Shown here: piece by piece, positions 55,197 to 63,640 of the stretch
Numbering within the stretch: the first letter of the stretch is position 1
How the letters are laid out: each line of letters begins with the position of its first letter
Assembly: GCA_944391435.1 (NCBI GenBank)
Contig: CALXTP010000010.1
Coordinates: 1-63,640, forward strand
Direction: 5' to 3'
Length of the DNA: 63,640 nt
Origin: an uncultured Alphaproteobacteria bacterium
Lineage (GTDB): Bacteria > Pseudomonadota > Alphaproteobacteria > RF32 > CAG-239
The notes under the pieces: generated by a model
Database searches by the model: none
The model's input: the letters and a program-made list of their open reading frames with translations, nothing else
Told to the model about the DNA's origin: nothing
Made by a program: the position numbers and the translations under genes

Positions 55197-56525
55197 TCAG
55201 GCAGCCTTTTCATCAAAGTTATACAGTTCTTCAACTGACACTTTCTTCTCTTCGGTTTTTACCTTGGACAAGACATAATCTACGACTTTTTCTTCATAGA
55301 CGGAAGTCCGCAGGCGTTCCAACGCTTCCTTGTTTTTCAGGTAAAAGTCCAAAATGGCTTTGGCCTGCATGGGGTAACGCTGGGCTTCATTCATAATTGC
55401 TTTATTGATGTCTTCCTGCGTCACTTCAATTTTTTCTTCGTTTCCGACTTCTGCCAGCAACAGGCCGAGTTTGACGCGGCGTATGGCAATGTCTTTGTAT
55501 TCCTTGAGCAGGTCTTCTTCTTTTTTATTCTTTTCTTCGTCGTCAAGCTGATTATTTTTCTTGGCATTTTCATACTGTTTGACAATTGCCTCATATTCCA
55601 TGTCAACCAGCTTGGACGGAACATCAAACTTATAAGCCTTATCCAGAGCGTCCAGCAGAGCCCGCTTCAACTTCATTTTAGAAGCCGAGTCGTAATCTTC
55701 AGCGATTCTCTGCTTTACTTTTTCTTTCAGTTTGTCCAAGCTTTCTTCGCCCATGGATTTGGCAAATTCATCGTTGATTTCCGGCCGTTTGATTTCTCTG
55801 ATTTCTTTAATCGTCGTTACAAACAAGGCTTCTTTTCCGGCCAAATCTTTAGCCTGGTAGTTTTCCGGGAAAGTCGCTTTAACGTTAACGACTTCGCCGG
55901 CTTTTTTGCCGATAAGCTGGTCTTCATAACCCGGAATAAAAGAATTGGAGCCGATTTCCAGCGGATAGGCTTCGCCTTTTCCGCCCGGGAATTCTACGCC
56001 GTCAATGGAGCCGACAAAATCAATAACGGCAACATCACCCTTGGCTGTAACCCTGTCTTCCTCAACTTTAACGGTATCGCGGCGGCTCTCGGACATATAT
56101 TTCAAAGCTTTTTCAACTTCTTCTTCCGGAACGTCGGCCGTTACTTTCTCAAGCTTGATATCCGAAAAATCTTTAACGTCTATCGTCGGCATAACTTCCA
56201 TGGATACTTTGAATTTAATATCCTTTCCTTCTTCAAATTTATCCATTTCCACATCTGGCGTAAAGACCGGGTGCAATTCTTTTTCTTTTAGCAGTTCATT
56301 GACGCTGTCGCGCACCATATCGTCCAAAGCCTCGCCCATTGCGCTGGCCTGATATTTCTTTTTGACCATGGCAAACGGAACCTTGCCAGCTCTGAAACCG
56401 GCCATTGATACTTTTTTGGCAATCTGATGCAGTTTCTTATCCACTTCGGCATCAAAATCCGCCGCACTGATGGTAACGTTATATTCACGGCCTAAGCCTT
56501 CTGATTTTAATTCTTTTACTTTCAT
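55197..56525 (-). CDS. tig: Trigger factor
   Basis: Start at ATG 56525 ('MKVKELKSEGLGREY'). Contains the ribosome-binding motif 'GFRAGKVP', with an FKBP-like middle domain. Confidence 0.93.
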   Translation of the reverse strand: MKVKELKSEGLGREYNVTISAADFDAEVDKKLHQIAKKVSMAGFRAGKVPFAMVKKKYQASAMGEALDDMVRDSVNELLKEKELHPVFTPDVEMDKFEEGKDIKFKVSMEVMPTIDVKDFSDIKLEKVTADVPEEEVEKALKYMSESRRDTVKVEEDRVTAKGDVAVIDFVGSIDGVEFPGGKGEAYPLEIGSNSFIPGYEDQLIGKKAGEVVNVKATFPENYQAKDLAGKEALFVTTIKEIREIKRPEINDEFAKSMGEESLDKLKEKVKQRIAEDYDSASKMKLKRALLDALDKAYKFDVPSKLVDMEYEAIVKQYENAKKNNQLDDEEKNKKEEDLLKEYKDIAIRRVKLGLLLAEVGNEEKIEVTQEDINKAIMNEAQRYPMQAKAILDFYLKNKEALERLRTSVYEEKVVDYVLSKVKTEEKKVSVEELYNFDEKAA

Positions 56526-56565
56526 TAGTTGTCTTCCTAAAAAAATAAACTTCAAACCCGCGAAA

Positions 56566-56649
56566 TGGTGCGGACGGAGAGACTCGAACTCTCACGGCAA
56601 AGCCACCAGATCCTAAGTCTGGCGTGTCTACCAGTTTCACCACGCCCGC
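56566..56649 (-). tRNA. tRNA-Leu (anticodon UAG), long variable arm, CCA encoded
   Basis: The reverse complement reads GCGGGCGTGGTGAAACTGGTAGACACGCCAGACTTAGGATCTGGTGGCTTTGCCGTGAGAGTTCGAGTCTCTCCGTCCGCACCA. Confidence 0.95.
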
Positions 56650-56815
56650 GGATTACCGTAACAAATTTGCTCCGAGTATATACAACATTTTTATATAATC
56701 AAGCAAAAAAATAAATATGCCGGATAATTATACGGCATAAAAAGCCCAGCAAAATTTTCAACCTGTTGCAGGGGCGCCGCCGTATCCGAATATGCCGCGG
56801 CAAAAAAACGGCAGG

Positions 56816-57727
56816 CTATACGCATATTCCTTTTTGAAAGTGAAAACCTTTCAAAAGGTCAGCCGTTGCCATCGCCTGTTTTCCTTCGCGTTGAATGGTT
56901 TCAATCCGGAGCGCTTTGCCGCCACGCGTTGCAATGACGAGCTCATCTTGTCCTGCCGTAATTTCGCCGGGCCGCCCCGCTGCTTCCGTAACTGAGGCGC
57001 GGTAGACCTTAAACCTTTCTCCCTGATAAATAAAATAGGTAGCAGGATAAGGGGCAAAAGCCCTGATTTTATTATACAGCGTATCTGCGTCGGCATCAAA
57101 ATCAAGCAGGCATTCGGCTTTTTCCAGCTTCGGCGCGTATGTCGCCAGCGTTTCATCTTGCCGCTGCGGAACAATAGCCGATAAATTTTCCAACGTTTTG
57201 ATAAGCAGCGGGGCGCCTATTACCGTCAGGCGGTCATATAAATCGCCGCCGGTCATTTGTGCGGAAATATCAACGGCTTCTTGTGCCAAAACATCTCCGG
57301 CATCTAATGCCTGCACCATCTGCATAATGGAAATGCCGCTTTGCTTGTCGCCGGCTTCAACGGCCCTTTGAATGGGGGCGGCGCCGCGCCACCTCGGCAA
57401 CAGGGAAGCATGAACGTTTATACATCCGGCCGGAAACATATCCAATACCGCCTGCGGCAGTAACAAGCCGTAAGCAGCCACGATAGCTGCGTCGGCATTC
57501 AGGCCTCGCAAATAATTTTGCTCATCATCGTTTTTCAGCGTTTTCGGAGTCCTGACATCAATGCCGTGCTTTTCAGCCAACAGATGTACCGGCGATTTGT
57601 TTATCTTTTTGCCGCGGCCGCTTTCTTTCGGCGCCCGCGTATAAACGGCAGCGACGTCATGATGCCTGATAAGCGCTTCCAATACCGGAACGGCAAAATC
57701 CGGCGTTCCCATAAAAACAATTTTCAT
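56816..57727 (-). CDS. fmt: Methionyl-tRNA formyltransferase
   Basis: Contains 'MKIVFMGTPDFAVPVLEAL' and 'HASLLPRWRGAAPIQRA'. Confidence 0.95.
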   Translation of the reverse strand: MKIVFMGTPDFAVPVLEALIRHHDVAAVYTRAPKESGRGKKINKSPVHLLAEKHGIDVRTPKTLKNDDEQNYLRGLNADAAIVAAYGLLLPQAVLDMFPAGCINVHASLLPRWRGAAPIQRAVEAGDKQSGISIMQMVQALDAGDVLAQEAVDISAQMTGGDLYDRLTVIGAPLLIKTLENLSAIVPQRQDETLATYAPKLEKAECLLDFDADADTLYNKIRAFAPYPATYFIYQGERFKVYRASVTEAAGRPGEITAGQDELVIATRGGKALRIETIQREGKQAMATADLLKGFHFQKGICV

Positions 57728-59715
57728 TATTCTGAAAATCCTGCCCGTTTGTAGTCAACTTTTATTTCCATTCCCTCTGCCAGGCTGTCCATGGCTTCTT
57801 GTGCCATATCCGTAGCCATAGATGCTTCGGCTCTGTCAATAACCTCTTCCAGCGCTTCGCCGGACAGCTCATCGCTGTAATTCACCGTTTCAAAAGGCGT
57901 AACAATGATAAAACTGTTGCCGGGATGCTCATAAACTTTGATTTCATCGTCTTTGGCAAGGAATAAGTCGCTGATTTCCTGCGGTGTTAACCCGGCAAAA
58001 GTTTCGTTGCGGCTGATGGGTTCGGAGCGGAATAGTTCCAGATTTCTGGCTTTGGCGGCATCGGCAAGCTGTGTGCTGTTCTCGGCATCGGCAACGATAT
58101 TGTCGGCTGTTTCTTTGGCCAAAGCATCTTTCTCCTGAATTGTCCATAAGGCGATAATCTTATCGCGCACGTCTTTAATTTCCGGAAGGTGGGCATCAGT
58201 AATTCCGGTTACTTTAACCACGGCGATGCCGTTGTCAAATTCTTCCGCGGAGCTTATTTCATCTAAGCCGTAAGAAAAGACCATCTCGTTAAAATCTAAA
58301 GACGTTCCGAGGGATTTCAAAGCTTCGGGCAGTTGGGAAACCGGAGAATTTTCGCTGATACCGCTGACTTCAACAATCTCAGCACCGGTTTCTTTGGCCA
58401 CTTCTGCCAAATCTTTGCCACCGTTGACGGCATCATCAATATCGGCTCTGGCCTCTCTGAGGGCATCATACAAATTTTCATCGCTTAAAATAGCCATAAT
58501 CTGATCTTTCGCTTCTTCAAAAGTAGATTTTTTGGCAGGAATAATCTGTTTGACGCTGACAATCTGCCATGTATCGGCAACTTGCAGCAGTTTTGGCTGG
58601 TTAAGAGACATCTCAAACGTGTCATAAGCCAAATCATCAGCCAGCTCATCTTGTGTCACGATGCCCAAAGTCGGATTGTCTGCATTTTCGGCATGGCTTT
58701 CTGTGGCAATTTTGGCAAAATCGCCGCCGGCCTCAAGCTTTTTCAACGCATCTTCGGCGGCAGACTTGTCCATAAAGACCATTTGCAGCACTTCGCGTTT
58801 TTCCGGCTGGTCAAATTCTTTCTCGTTTTCTTTATAGTAATCGCGCACCATCTCGTCGCTGGCCGCATATTTCTTCAAGACATCTTCGTTGGAAAGAAAC
58901 AGGACTTCGGCACTTCTTGTTTCCGGAATCATAAACGTTTCTGCAAAATCTTCAAAATACTGCTGAACTTCGTCATCGCTTATCTGGCGCTCAATGGAAA
59001 CGTCAGCCGGCGATACCAGGACATATTTAAAAGACCGGCGCTGGTTATCCATGGCGTGTATAGCATTGCTCAAGACGGACGGGACTTTAAACGGGGAAAT
59101 CATATCCGTAATTATCATTTTCCGTGCCATCAGCCTTTTGACCATGTCAACATATTCTCCCTCGCTGATGCCGGCGGAAGAGAGATAGTGCTTAAACAAA
59201 TCCGGGCTGAACTGGCCGTTGAGCGGATTGGCAAATTCGGGCTGGCCGAATATAATCTGTTGGATATAGGCGCGCGGAAAGCTGATGTCGTTTTGTTTCA
59301 TCGTCTGGTCCAAAACGCTCTCGTCAATGATTTGGCGCAAAACGCCTTCTGTAAGAGTGTTGCGCATATCGTCAGTCAGTTCAAAATCTTCATCGGTCAG
59401 ATTCTTGAGGGCATTCATTTCTTTTTGCAGCCGGTATGAAAATTCGCTTTGCGTCGTTTTCAGGCCGTCTACGTCAACAACTGTCTGGTTTTGACTGGCG
59501 CTGCTGATGTAGCCCGTAACGCCGAAAAGAGAAATAAAGCTGACGGCAACTGCCGCAGAAATAAGCTTAAAAACCCAGCTTTCATGTGCTTTTGCTAATT
59601 TACTTATCATTTTATCCATCCAAAAATTTATTACCAGTCCCGAAAATAACGTAATCGTAGCCATTATAAAAGCCAAAAAAAAATATGCAATCTCAAACAT
59701 AAATATGTTCAACAT
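57727..59715 (-). CDS. ppiD: PpiD-like periplasmic chaperone / peptidyl-prolyl isomerase
   Basis: N-terminal anchor plus a SurA-N-like domain. It lies divergent from tpiA-secG-pyrG. The true start may be ATG 59619 ('MDKMISKLAKAHESWVFKLISAAV'). Confidence 0.65.
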   Translation of the reverse strand: MLNIFMFEIAYFFLAFIMATITLFSGLVINFWMDKMISKLAKAHESWVFKLISAAVAVSFISLFGVTGYISSASQNQTVVDVDGLKTTQSEFSYRLQKEMNALKNLTDEDFELTDDMRNTLTEGVLRQIIDESVLDQTMKQNDISFPRAYIQQIIFGQPEFANPLNGQFSPDLFKHYLSSAGISEGEYVDMVKRLMARKMIITDMISPFKVPSVLSNAIHAMDNQRRSFKYVLVSPADVSIERQISDDEVQQYFEDFAETFMIPETRSAEVLFLSNEDVLKKYAASDEMVRDYYKENEKEFDQPEKREVLQMVFMDKSAAEDALKKLEAGGDFAKIATESHAENADNPTLGIVTQDELADDLAYDTFEMSLNQPKLLQVADTWQIVSVKQIIPAKKSTFEEAKDQIMAILSDENLYDALREARADIDDAVNGGKDLAEVAKETGAEIVEVSGISENSPVSQLPEALKSLGTSLDFNEMVFSYGLDEISSAEEFDNGIAVVKVTGITDAHLPEIKDVRDKIIALWTIQEKDALAKETADNIVADAENSTQLADAAKARNLELFRSEPISRNETFAGLTPQEISDLFLAKDDEIKVYEHPGNSFIIVTPFETVNYSDELSGEALEEVIDRAEASMATDMAQEAMDSLAEGMEIKVDYKRAGFSE

Positions 59716-59882
59716 TTTTTTTATGCCGCCGCCTGCTTTTGTTCCGGCGATTTTTGCAGGCTCTGTTGTGGCATAAATAAGTGCGGGGGAATTTTTCTGT
59801 AAACAACTTTATTTTGGGCTGGAAAATAAAAATATATATGATAAAAGCAACAGAAGTTATAAGATTTGATTAAGAGGATAAA

Positions 59883-60644
59883 ATGGTCAGAAAAACTTTA
59901 ATAGCCGGAAATTGGAAGATGAACGGATTGTCCGAAGACGGCGTGGCATTGGCCAAAGGCATTGCCCAGGAAGTAAAAAAAGCCGCCAGGAAAGATTGTG
60001 AATTTTTGATTTGTCCGCCTTTCACGCTGTTGACGCAGGTAAAAAAAGCCGTCAAGGGTGCGCGTGTAATGGTTGGCGCTCAAGATTGCCATTTTGCTGA
60101 AAAAGGCGCCCACACCGGCGATATCAGCCCGCTGATGTTAAAAGATGCCGGCTGCCAATATGTAATAGTCGGTCACTCAGAACGCCGTACCAACCATTAT
60201 GAAAGCGACGAGCTGGTACAAAAAAAGGCCTCGGCAGCCATTGCGGCCGGCCTCAAGGTAATAATTTGCATCGGTGAAACGGAAGCCGAACGCGATGCCG
60301 GAAAGACAATAGCTGTCTGCACGGCGCAGATTAACGGTTCCGTTCCGGAATCTTCTACGGCGCAAAATACGGTTATCGCCTATGAGCCCGTATGGGCAAT
60401 CGGGACCGGGCGGACGCCGACAACGGCGGAAGTGGAAGAAGTCCACGCTTCTGTCCGCAAGGCCATAGCCAAAAAACTCGGCCGCGCCAATGCCAATAAG
60501 ATGCGTATTCTGTACGGCGGCAGCATGAAGCCGGGCAATGCAAAAGAGCTGTTGGCTCTGCCTGACGTAGACGGCGGCCTTATCGGCGGTGCCAGCCTGA
60601 AGGTAGCAGATTTTATGGCAATAGCGGAAGCAGGTAAACAATAA
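59883..60644 (+). CDS. tpiA: Triose-phosphate isomerase
   Basis: Contains 'IAGNWKMNG', 'VIVGHSERR' and 'AYEPVWAIGTG'. Confidence 0.96.
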   Translation: MVRKTLIAGNWKMNGLSEDGVALAKGIAQEVKKAARKDCEFLICPPFTLLTQVKKAVKGARVMVGAQDCHFAEKGAHTGDISPLMLKDAGCQYVIVGHSERRTNHYESDELVQKKASAAIAAGLKVIICIGETEAERDAGKTIAVCTAQINGSVPESSTAQNTVIAYEPVWAIGTGRTPTTAEVEEVHASVRKAIAKKLGRANANKMRILYGGSMKPGNAKELLALPDVDGGLIGGASLKVADFMAIAEAGKQ

Positions 60645-60663
60645 TAAGCAAAAGGAAATAAAA

Positions 60664-61056
60664 ATGGGATCAGTATTGTTAGTTATTCATTTAATGGTAG
60701 CCATTTTGCTGGTAACGCTGATTTTGATGCAGCGCAACTCCGGCAATGCCCTGAGCGGGCTGGGCGGCGGCAATGGTGCCAACAGTTTCCTGTCGGCACG
60801 CGGCAAAGGCAACTTGCTGACCAGGACGACGGCAATTTTGGCAACAATATTTTTTATCACGTCAATTTTATTGTCGTTGTACTATAAAGGCGAAACAAGA
60901 AAGCCCGAGTCTATCACCGACGTAGCGCCTTTGGTGCAAACGGAACCGGCCGTTCCGTCAGTGCCTGATGCTGCGGCGGAAGCGCCGAAAACGCCGATTC
61001 CCGCAAAGGCTCCGGCAGCTGATGCTCCGGATGCGGCAACACCGGCGGCGGAATAA
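60664..61056 (+). CDS. secG: Preprotein translocase subunit SecG with an Ala/Pro-rich C-terminal tail
   Basis: Two TM segments and 'LILMQRNSG'. Sits at the position between tpiA and pyrG. Confidence 0.85.
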   Translation: MGSVLLVIHLMVAILLVTLILMQRNSGNALSGLGGGNGANSFLSARGKGNLLTRTTAILATIFFITSILLSLYYKGETRKPESITDVAPLVQTEPAVPSVPDAAAEAPKTPIPAKAPAADAPDAATPAAE

Positions 61057-61085
61057 CTGAAATGCCGAAAAACTCTTAAAAAATA

Positions 61086-61115
61086 AAGGCACCTGATAAA
61101 GGAGGTGCCTTTTTC
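61086..61115 (+). terminator. Intrinsic terminator after secG
   Basis: 9-bp stem AAGGCACCT/AGGTGCCTT followed by a T-run. Confidence 0.75.
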
Positions 61116-61143
61116 ACTGCAAAATTTAACCAAGGGGTAGAAA

Positions 61144-62787
61144 ATGTCAGAACTAAATCCGAAAACAAAATTTATTTTTATAACCGGCGGTGTTGTTTCT
61201 TCTCTGGGCAAAGGGTTGGCCTCCGCGTCGCTGGCATCCATATTGCAATGCCGCGGTTTTAAGGTCCGGTTAAGAAAGCTTGACCCGTATCTCAATGTAG
61301 ACCCCGGCACAATGAGCCCCTTCCAGCACGGGGAGGTTTATGTAACCGATGATGGTACGGAAGCGGATTTGGATCTTGGGCATTATGAACGTTTTTCGGG
61401 AGTAGCGGCAAAAAAAAGCGACAGTATCACGACCGGAAAAATCTACCAGCGCGTGATAGACAAAGAGCGCCATGGCGATTATCTCGGCTCCACCATTCAG
61501 GTTATTCCACACGTTACGAACGAGATTAAGAGTTTCATCACCGGCGATTTGAGCGATGAGGATTTTGTCTTGTGCGAAATCGGCGGCACGGTCGGCGATA
61601 TAGAAGGGCAGCCGTATTTGGAAGCCATCCGCCAGCTGGCTTATGAACTGGGGCGCAATCGCACGATGTTTTTGCATTTAACCCTTTTGCCGTATATTCC
61701 GACGGCCGGCGAGTTGAAGACCAAGCCGACGCAGCATTCGGTAAAAAAATTGCAGGAATATGGTATCCAGCCGGATATGTTGCTGTGCCGCTCTCAAATG
61801 CCGATTCCGGAAAATGAGCGCCGGAAAATAGCTTTATTCTGCAATATCCGCGAAGAAAACGTAATTCAGGCGCTGGATGTCAGCAATATCTACCAGGTGC
61901 CTTTGGCTTATTCGCATGAAGGTATGGACAAAGCCGTTTGCCGGTATTTCAATTTGCCCTGCCCGGAAGCGGATTTAAGCCGTTGGGAACACATAGTTGA
62001 AACGTTAAAAGCGCCGGAAGGCGAGGTAAAGATTGCCGTGGTCGGCAAATATGTCAAGCTGCTTGAGGCATACAAATCCCTGGGCGAAGCGCTGACACAC
62101 GGCGGTATCGCAAATAAATACAAAGTCCGCATCAAATGGATAGACGCGGAAGATTTGGAAAAATCGGAAGCATCGGCTTGCCTTTCCGATGTCAGCGGAA
62201 TTCTCGTGCCCGGCGGATTCGGTATGCGCGGCACGGCGGGAAAAATTGCTGCCGTCAAATATGCGCGGGAAAATAATATTCCGTTTTTCGGCATTTGTTT
62301 CGGTATGCAGATGGCGGTTATAGAAACAATGCGCAACGTGCTGGGCATCAAAAATGCCAACACCACCGAGCTGGATGAAAATTGCGAGCCGGTGGTCGGG
62401 CTGATGACCGAATGGGATAAGGACGGTGCCAGGCAAATTCGCCACAAAGACGGCGATTTAGGGGGAACCATGCGTTTGGGCGCATATGAAACAATATTGG
62501 ATAAAGGTTCCAAAGCTGCGGAAATTTACGGTTGCGAAAAAATATCCGAACGCCATCGCCACCGTTACGAAGTCAACATCAAATACCGCGAGCGGCTGGC
62601 AGAGGGTGGCATGGTAATTTCCGGCACATCGCCGGACGGCAAGCTTCCTGAAATTGTAGAAAGGCCTGGACATCCATGGTTTGTCGGCGTCCAGTTCCAT
62701 CCGGAATTAAAATCCAAGCCGTTTGCACCGCATCCTTTGTTTGTCAGCTTTGTTAAAGCGGCAATAGAAAAAAGCCGGCTGGTATAA
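61144..62787 (+). CDS. pyrG: CTP synthase
   Basis: Contains '[13 protein letters not shown]', the GATase 'GICFGMQ', and 'VGVQFHPE'. 547 aa. Confidence 0.97.
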   Translation: MSELNPKTKFIFITGGVVSSLGKGLASASLASILQCRGFKVRLRKLDPYLNVDPGTMSPFQHGEVYVTDDGTEADLDLGHYERFSGVAAKKSDSITTGKIYQRVIDKERHGDYLGSTIQVIPHVTNEIKSFITGDLSDEDFVLCEIGGTVGDIEGQPYLEAIRQLAYELGRNRTMFLHLTLLPYIPTAGELKTKPTQHSVKKLQEYGIQPDMLLCRSQMPIPENERRKIALFCNIREENVIQALDVSNIYQVPLAYSHEGMDKAVCRYFNLPCPEADLSRWEHIVETLKAPEGEVKIAVVGKYVKLLEAYKSLGEALTHGGIANKYKVRIKWIDAEDLEKSEASACLSDVSGILVPGGFGMRGTAGKIAAVKYARENNIPFFGICFGMQMAVIETMRNVLGIKNANTTELDENCEPVVGLMTEWDKDGARQIRHKDGDLGGTMRLGAYETILDKGSKAAEIYGCEKISERHRHRYEVNIKYRERLAEGGMVISGTSPDGKLPEIVERPGHPWFVGVQFHPELKSKPFAPHPLFVSFVKAAIEKSRLV

Positions 62788-62877
62788 ATGGAAAAAACAG
62801 AAAAAAAAGTTGAAAAAAGCAGTTTCGTTGTTTAAACTTATGATAAAATAAAGTTTTTGTACGAAGGAGATTTACAG

Positions 62878-63588
62878 ATGAATATAAAAAACAATGCCAA
62901 ACAATGGATTGTAGCCGGGATTATCTTAGTGGCGGCAATTTTGATGTTGATGCTTGGCTTTTCAGAAAAGAAAGCGCCGGCACCGGCTGTGGAAAAAGCG
63001 AAACCTGAAGCGGCATTGCCGGTAAAAGCGCCGGAACCTGCTGCTGAAGCGGAACCGGCCGTTCCGGCTGAACCGTCAGCAGAAACAGCACCGGCCGCTG
63101 AAGAAAAGGCTGCTGCTCCCGCAGAGCCTGTTGCAGATGAAGCTGTTGCGCCGGTAAAAGAAGCAAAACCGGAAGAGGCATCTAAAGAAGTAATTGAAGT
63201 AGAGCCGGAAAATGCTGTATTGATGTTTACGGCCACGGCGGAAAAAGATTTTACCTACGAGGTTTATTACACGGTAAAAAGAGAAGTCTGGTTTGATGCC
63301 GACCATGTTGTGGCGGCGGAAGGAAAAGCCGGAACGGAAAATTACGGCATCGTGCTGCCGGAAAAGGCCGTTTACCGCATCCGTTTAGACTTTGGTTCCA
63401 ATCCGGGAACGGTAACGGTTAAAAACGTCCGCTTGGATGGTTCGCAAAAGGCTGATTTAAATGATTTCAACAACTATGAATTTGCTCAAATTGACAAATA
63501 TCAGGAAAATGAAGACGGCAGCCTGACCATTACATCCGAACAGGAAGACCCTTATATGGCATTTCGGACGGAATTATTGTCGGAATAG
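62878..63588 (+). CDS. Hypothetical membrane-anchored protein with a Pro/Ala/Glu-rich linker and a C-terminal beta-rich domain
   Basis: AAGGAGA RBS 7 nt before ATG 62878. TM 'WIVAGIILVAAILMLMLGF', a ~75-aa PAE-rich stretch, then 'YRIRLDFGSNPGTVTVKNVRLDG'. Confidence 0.6.
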   Translation: MNIKNNAKQWIVAGIILVAAILMLMLGFSEKKAPAPAVEKAKPEAALPVKAPEPAAEAEPAVPAEPSAETAPAAEEKAAAPAEPVADEAVAPVKEAKPEEASKEVIEVEPENAVLMFTATAEKDFTYEVYYTVKREVWFDADHVVAAEGKAGTENYGIVLPEKAVYRIRLDFGSNPGTVTVKNVRLDGSQKADLNDFNNYEFAQIDKYQENEDGSLTITSEQEDPYMAFRTELLSE

Positions 63589-63611
63589 TCTGAGTATAAG
63601 TACATTTTCAA

Positions 63612-63640
63612 AGCTCCGAAATAAAGTTTCGGGGCTTTTT
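63612..63640 (+). terminator. Intrinsic terminator at the window edge
   Basis: Stem CTCCGAAA/TTTCGGGG followed by CTTTTT. Confidence 0.5.

Noticed and set aside
58582-59439. 285-aa ORF on the plus strand inside ppiD
   Set aside because: It is antisense to the ppiD-like gene. It has no recognisable motif, no start context, and the odd composition typical of shadow frames.
62838-63236. 132-aa Gly/Ala/Ser-rich ORF on the minus strand
   Set aside because: It is the complement of the Pro/Ala/Glu-rich linker codons (GCx/CCx/GAA), so it is a compositional artefact.
1-63640. Search by eye for CRISPR arrays, IS elements or transposases, rRNA, integrons, and long direct or inverted repeats
   Set aside because: Nothing convincing was seen. 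The only repeat-like structures are terminator hairpins and the intragenic module duplication at 12083-14032. A computational repeat scan would be needed to exclude short dispersed repeats.

Overview
This 63.6-kb window looks like ordinary chromosome. I found no rRNA genes, CRISPR arrays, transposases or intact prophage genes. I call about 62 protein genes, 3 tRNAs (Lys-UUU, Pro-CGG, Leu-UAG), 2 gene fragments, and a set of intrinsic terminators and sigma70-like promoters. Most genes are housekeeping: birA, RNase J, parE, rpsB-tsf, asnS, rpoH, prmC, prfC, ffh-rpsP-rimM-trmD-rplS, nfo, tig, fmt, tpiA-secG-pyrG and a PiT phosphate transporter. Several local gene orders suggest a moderate/low-GC Alphaproteobacterium, possibly host-associated: nuoL-M-N followed by birA and RNase J, prmC followed by a DUF4167 gene, ppiD divergent from tpiA-secG-pyrG, Com1-like DsbA paralogs, and a 17-kDa-antigen-type glycine-zipper lipoprotein. 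This taxonomic call is inference only. Five things deserve a second look. (1) An orphan NuoL/M/N-like trio has no nuoA-K upstream, appears by eye to have lost nearly all canonical proton-channel residues, and is still fully open. (2) A minus-strand MFS cluster encodes two apparently exported proteins that together carry three CgeB-like glycosyltransferase modules. (3) An AT-rich, Cys-rich orphan gene sits where pyrH-frr would be expected after tsf, next to one of two CobB sirtuin paralogs. (4) A fucosyltransferase/acetyltransferase islet abuts the 3' end of tRNA-Pro. (5) Several lineage-specific orphans are present, including a 415-aa protein with an alpha/beta-hydrolase-like Cys elbow and a membrane-anchored methyltransferase with a Lys/Ala-rich tail. 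All family assignments come from motif recognition by eye. No searches were run.
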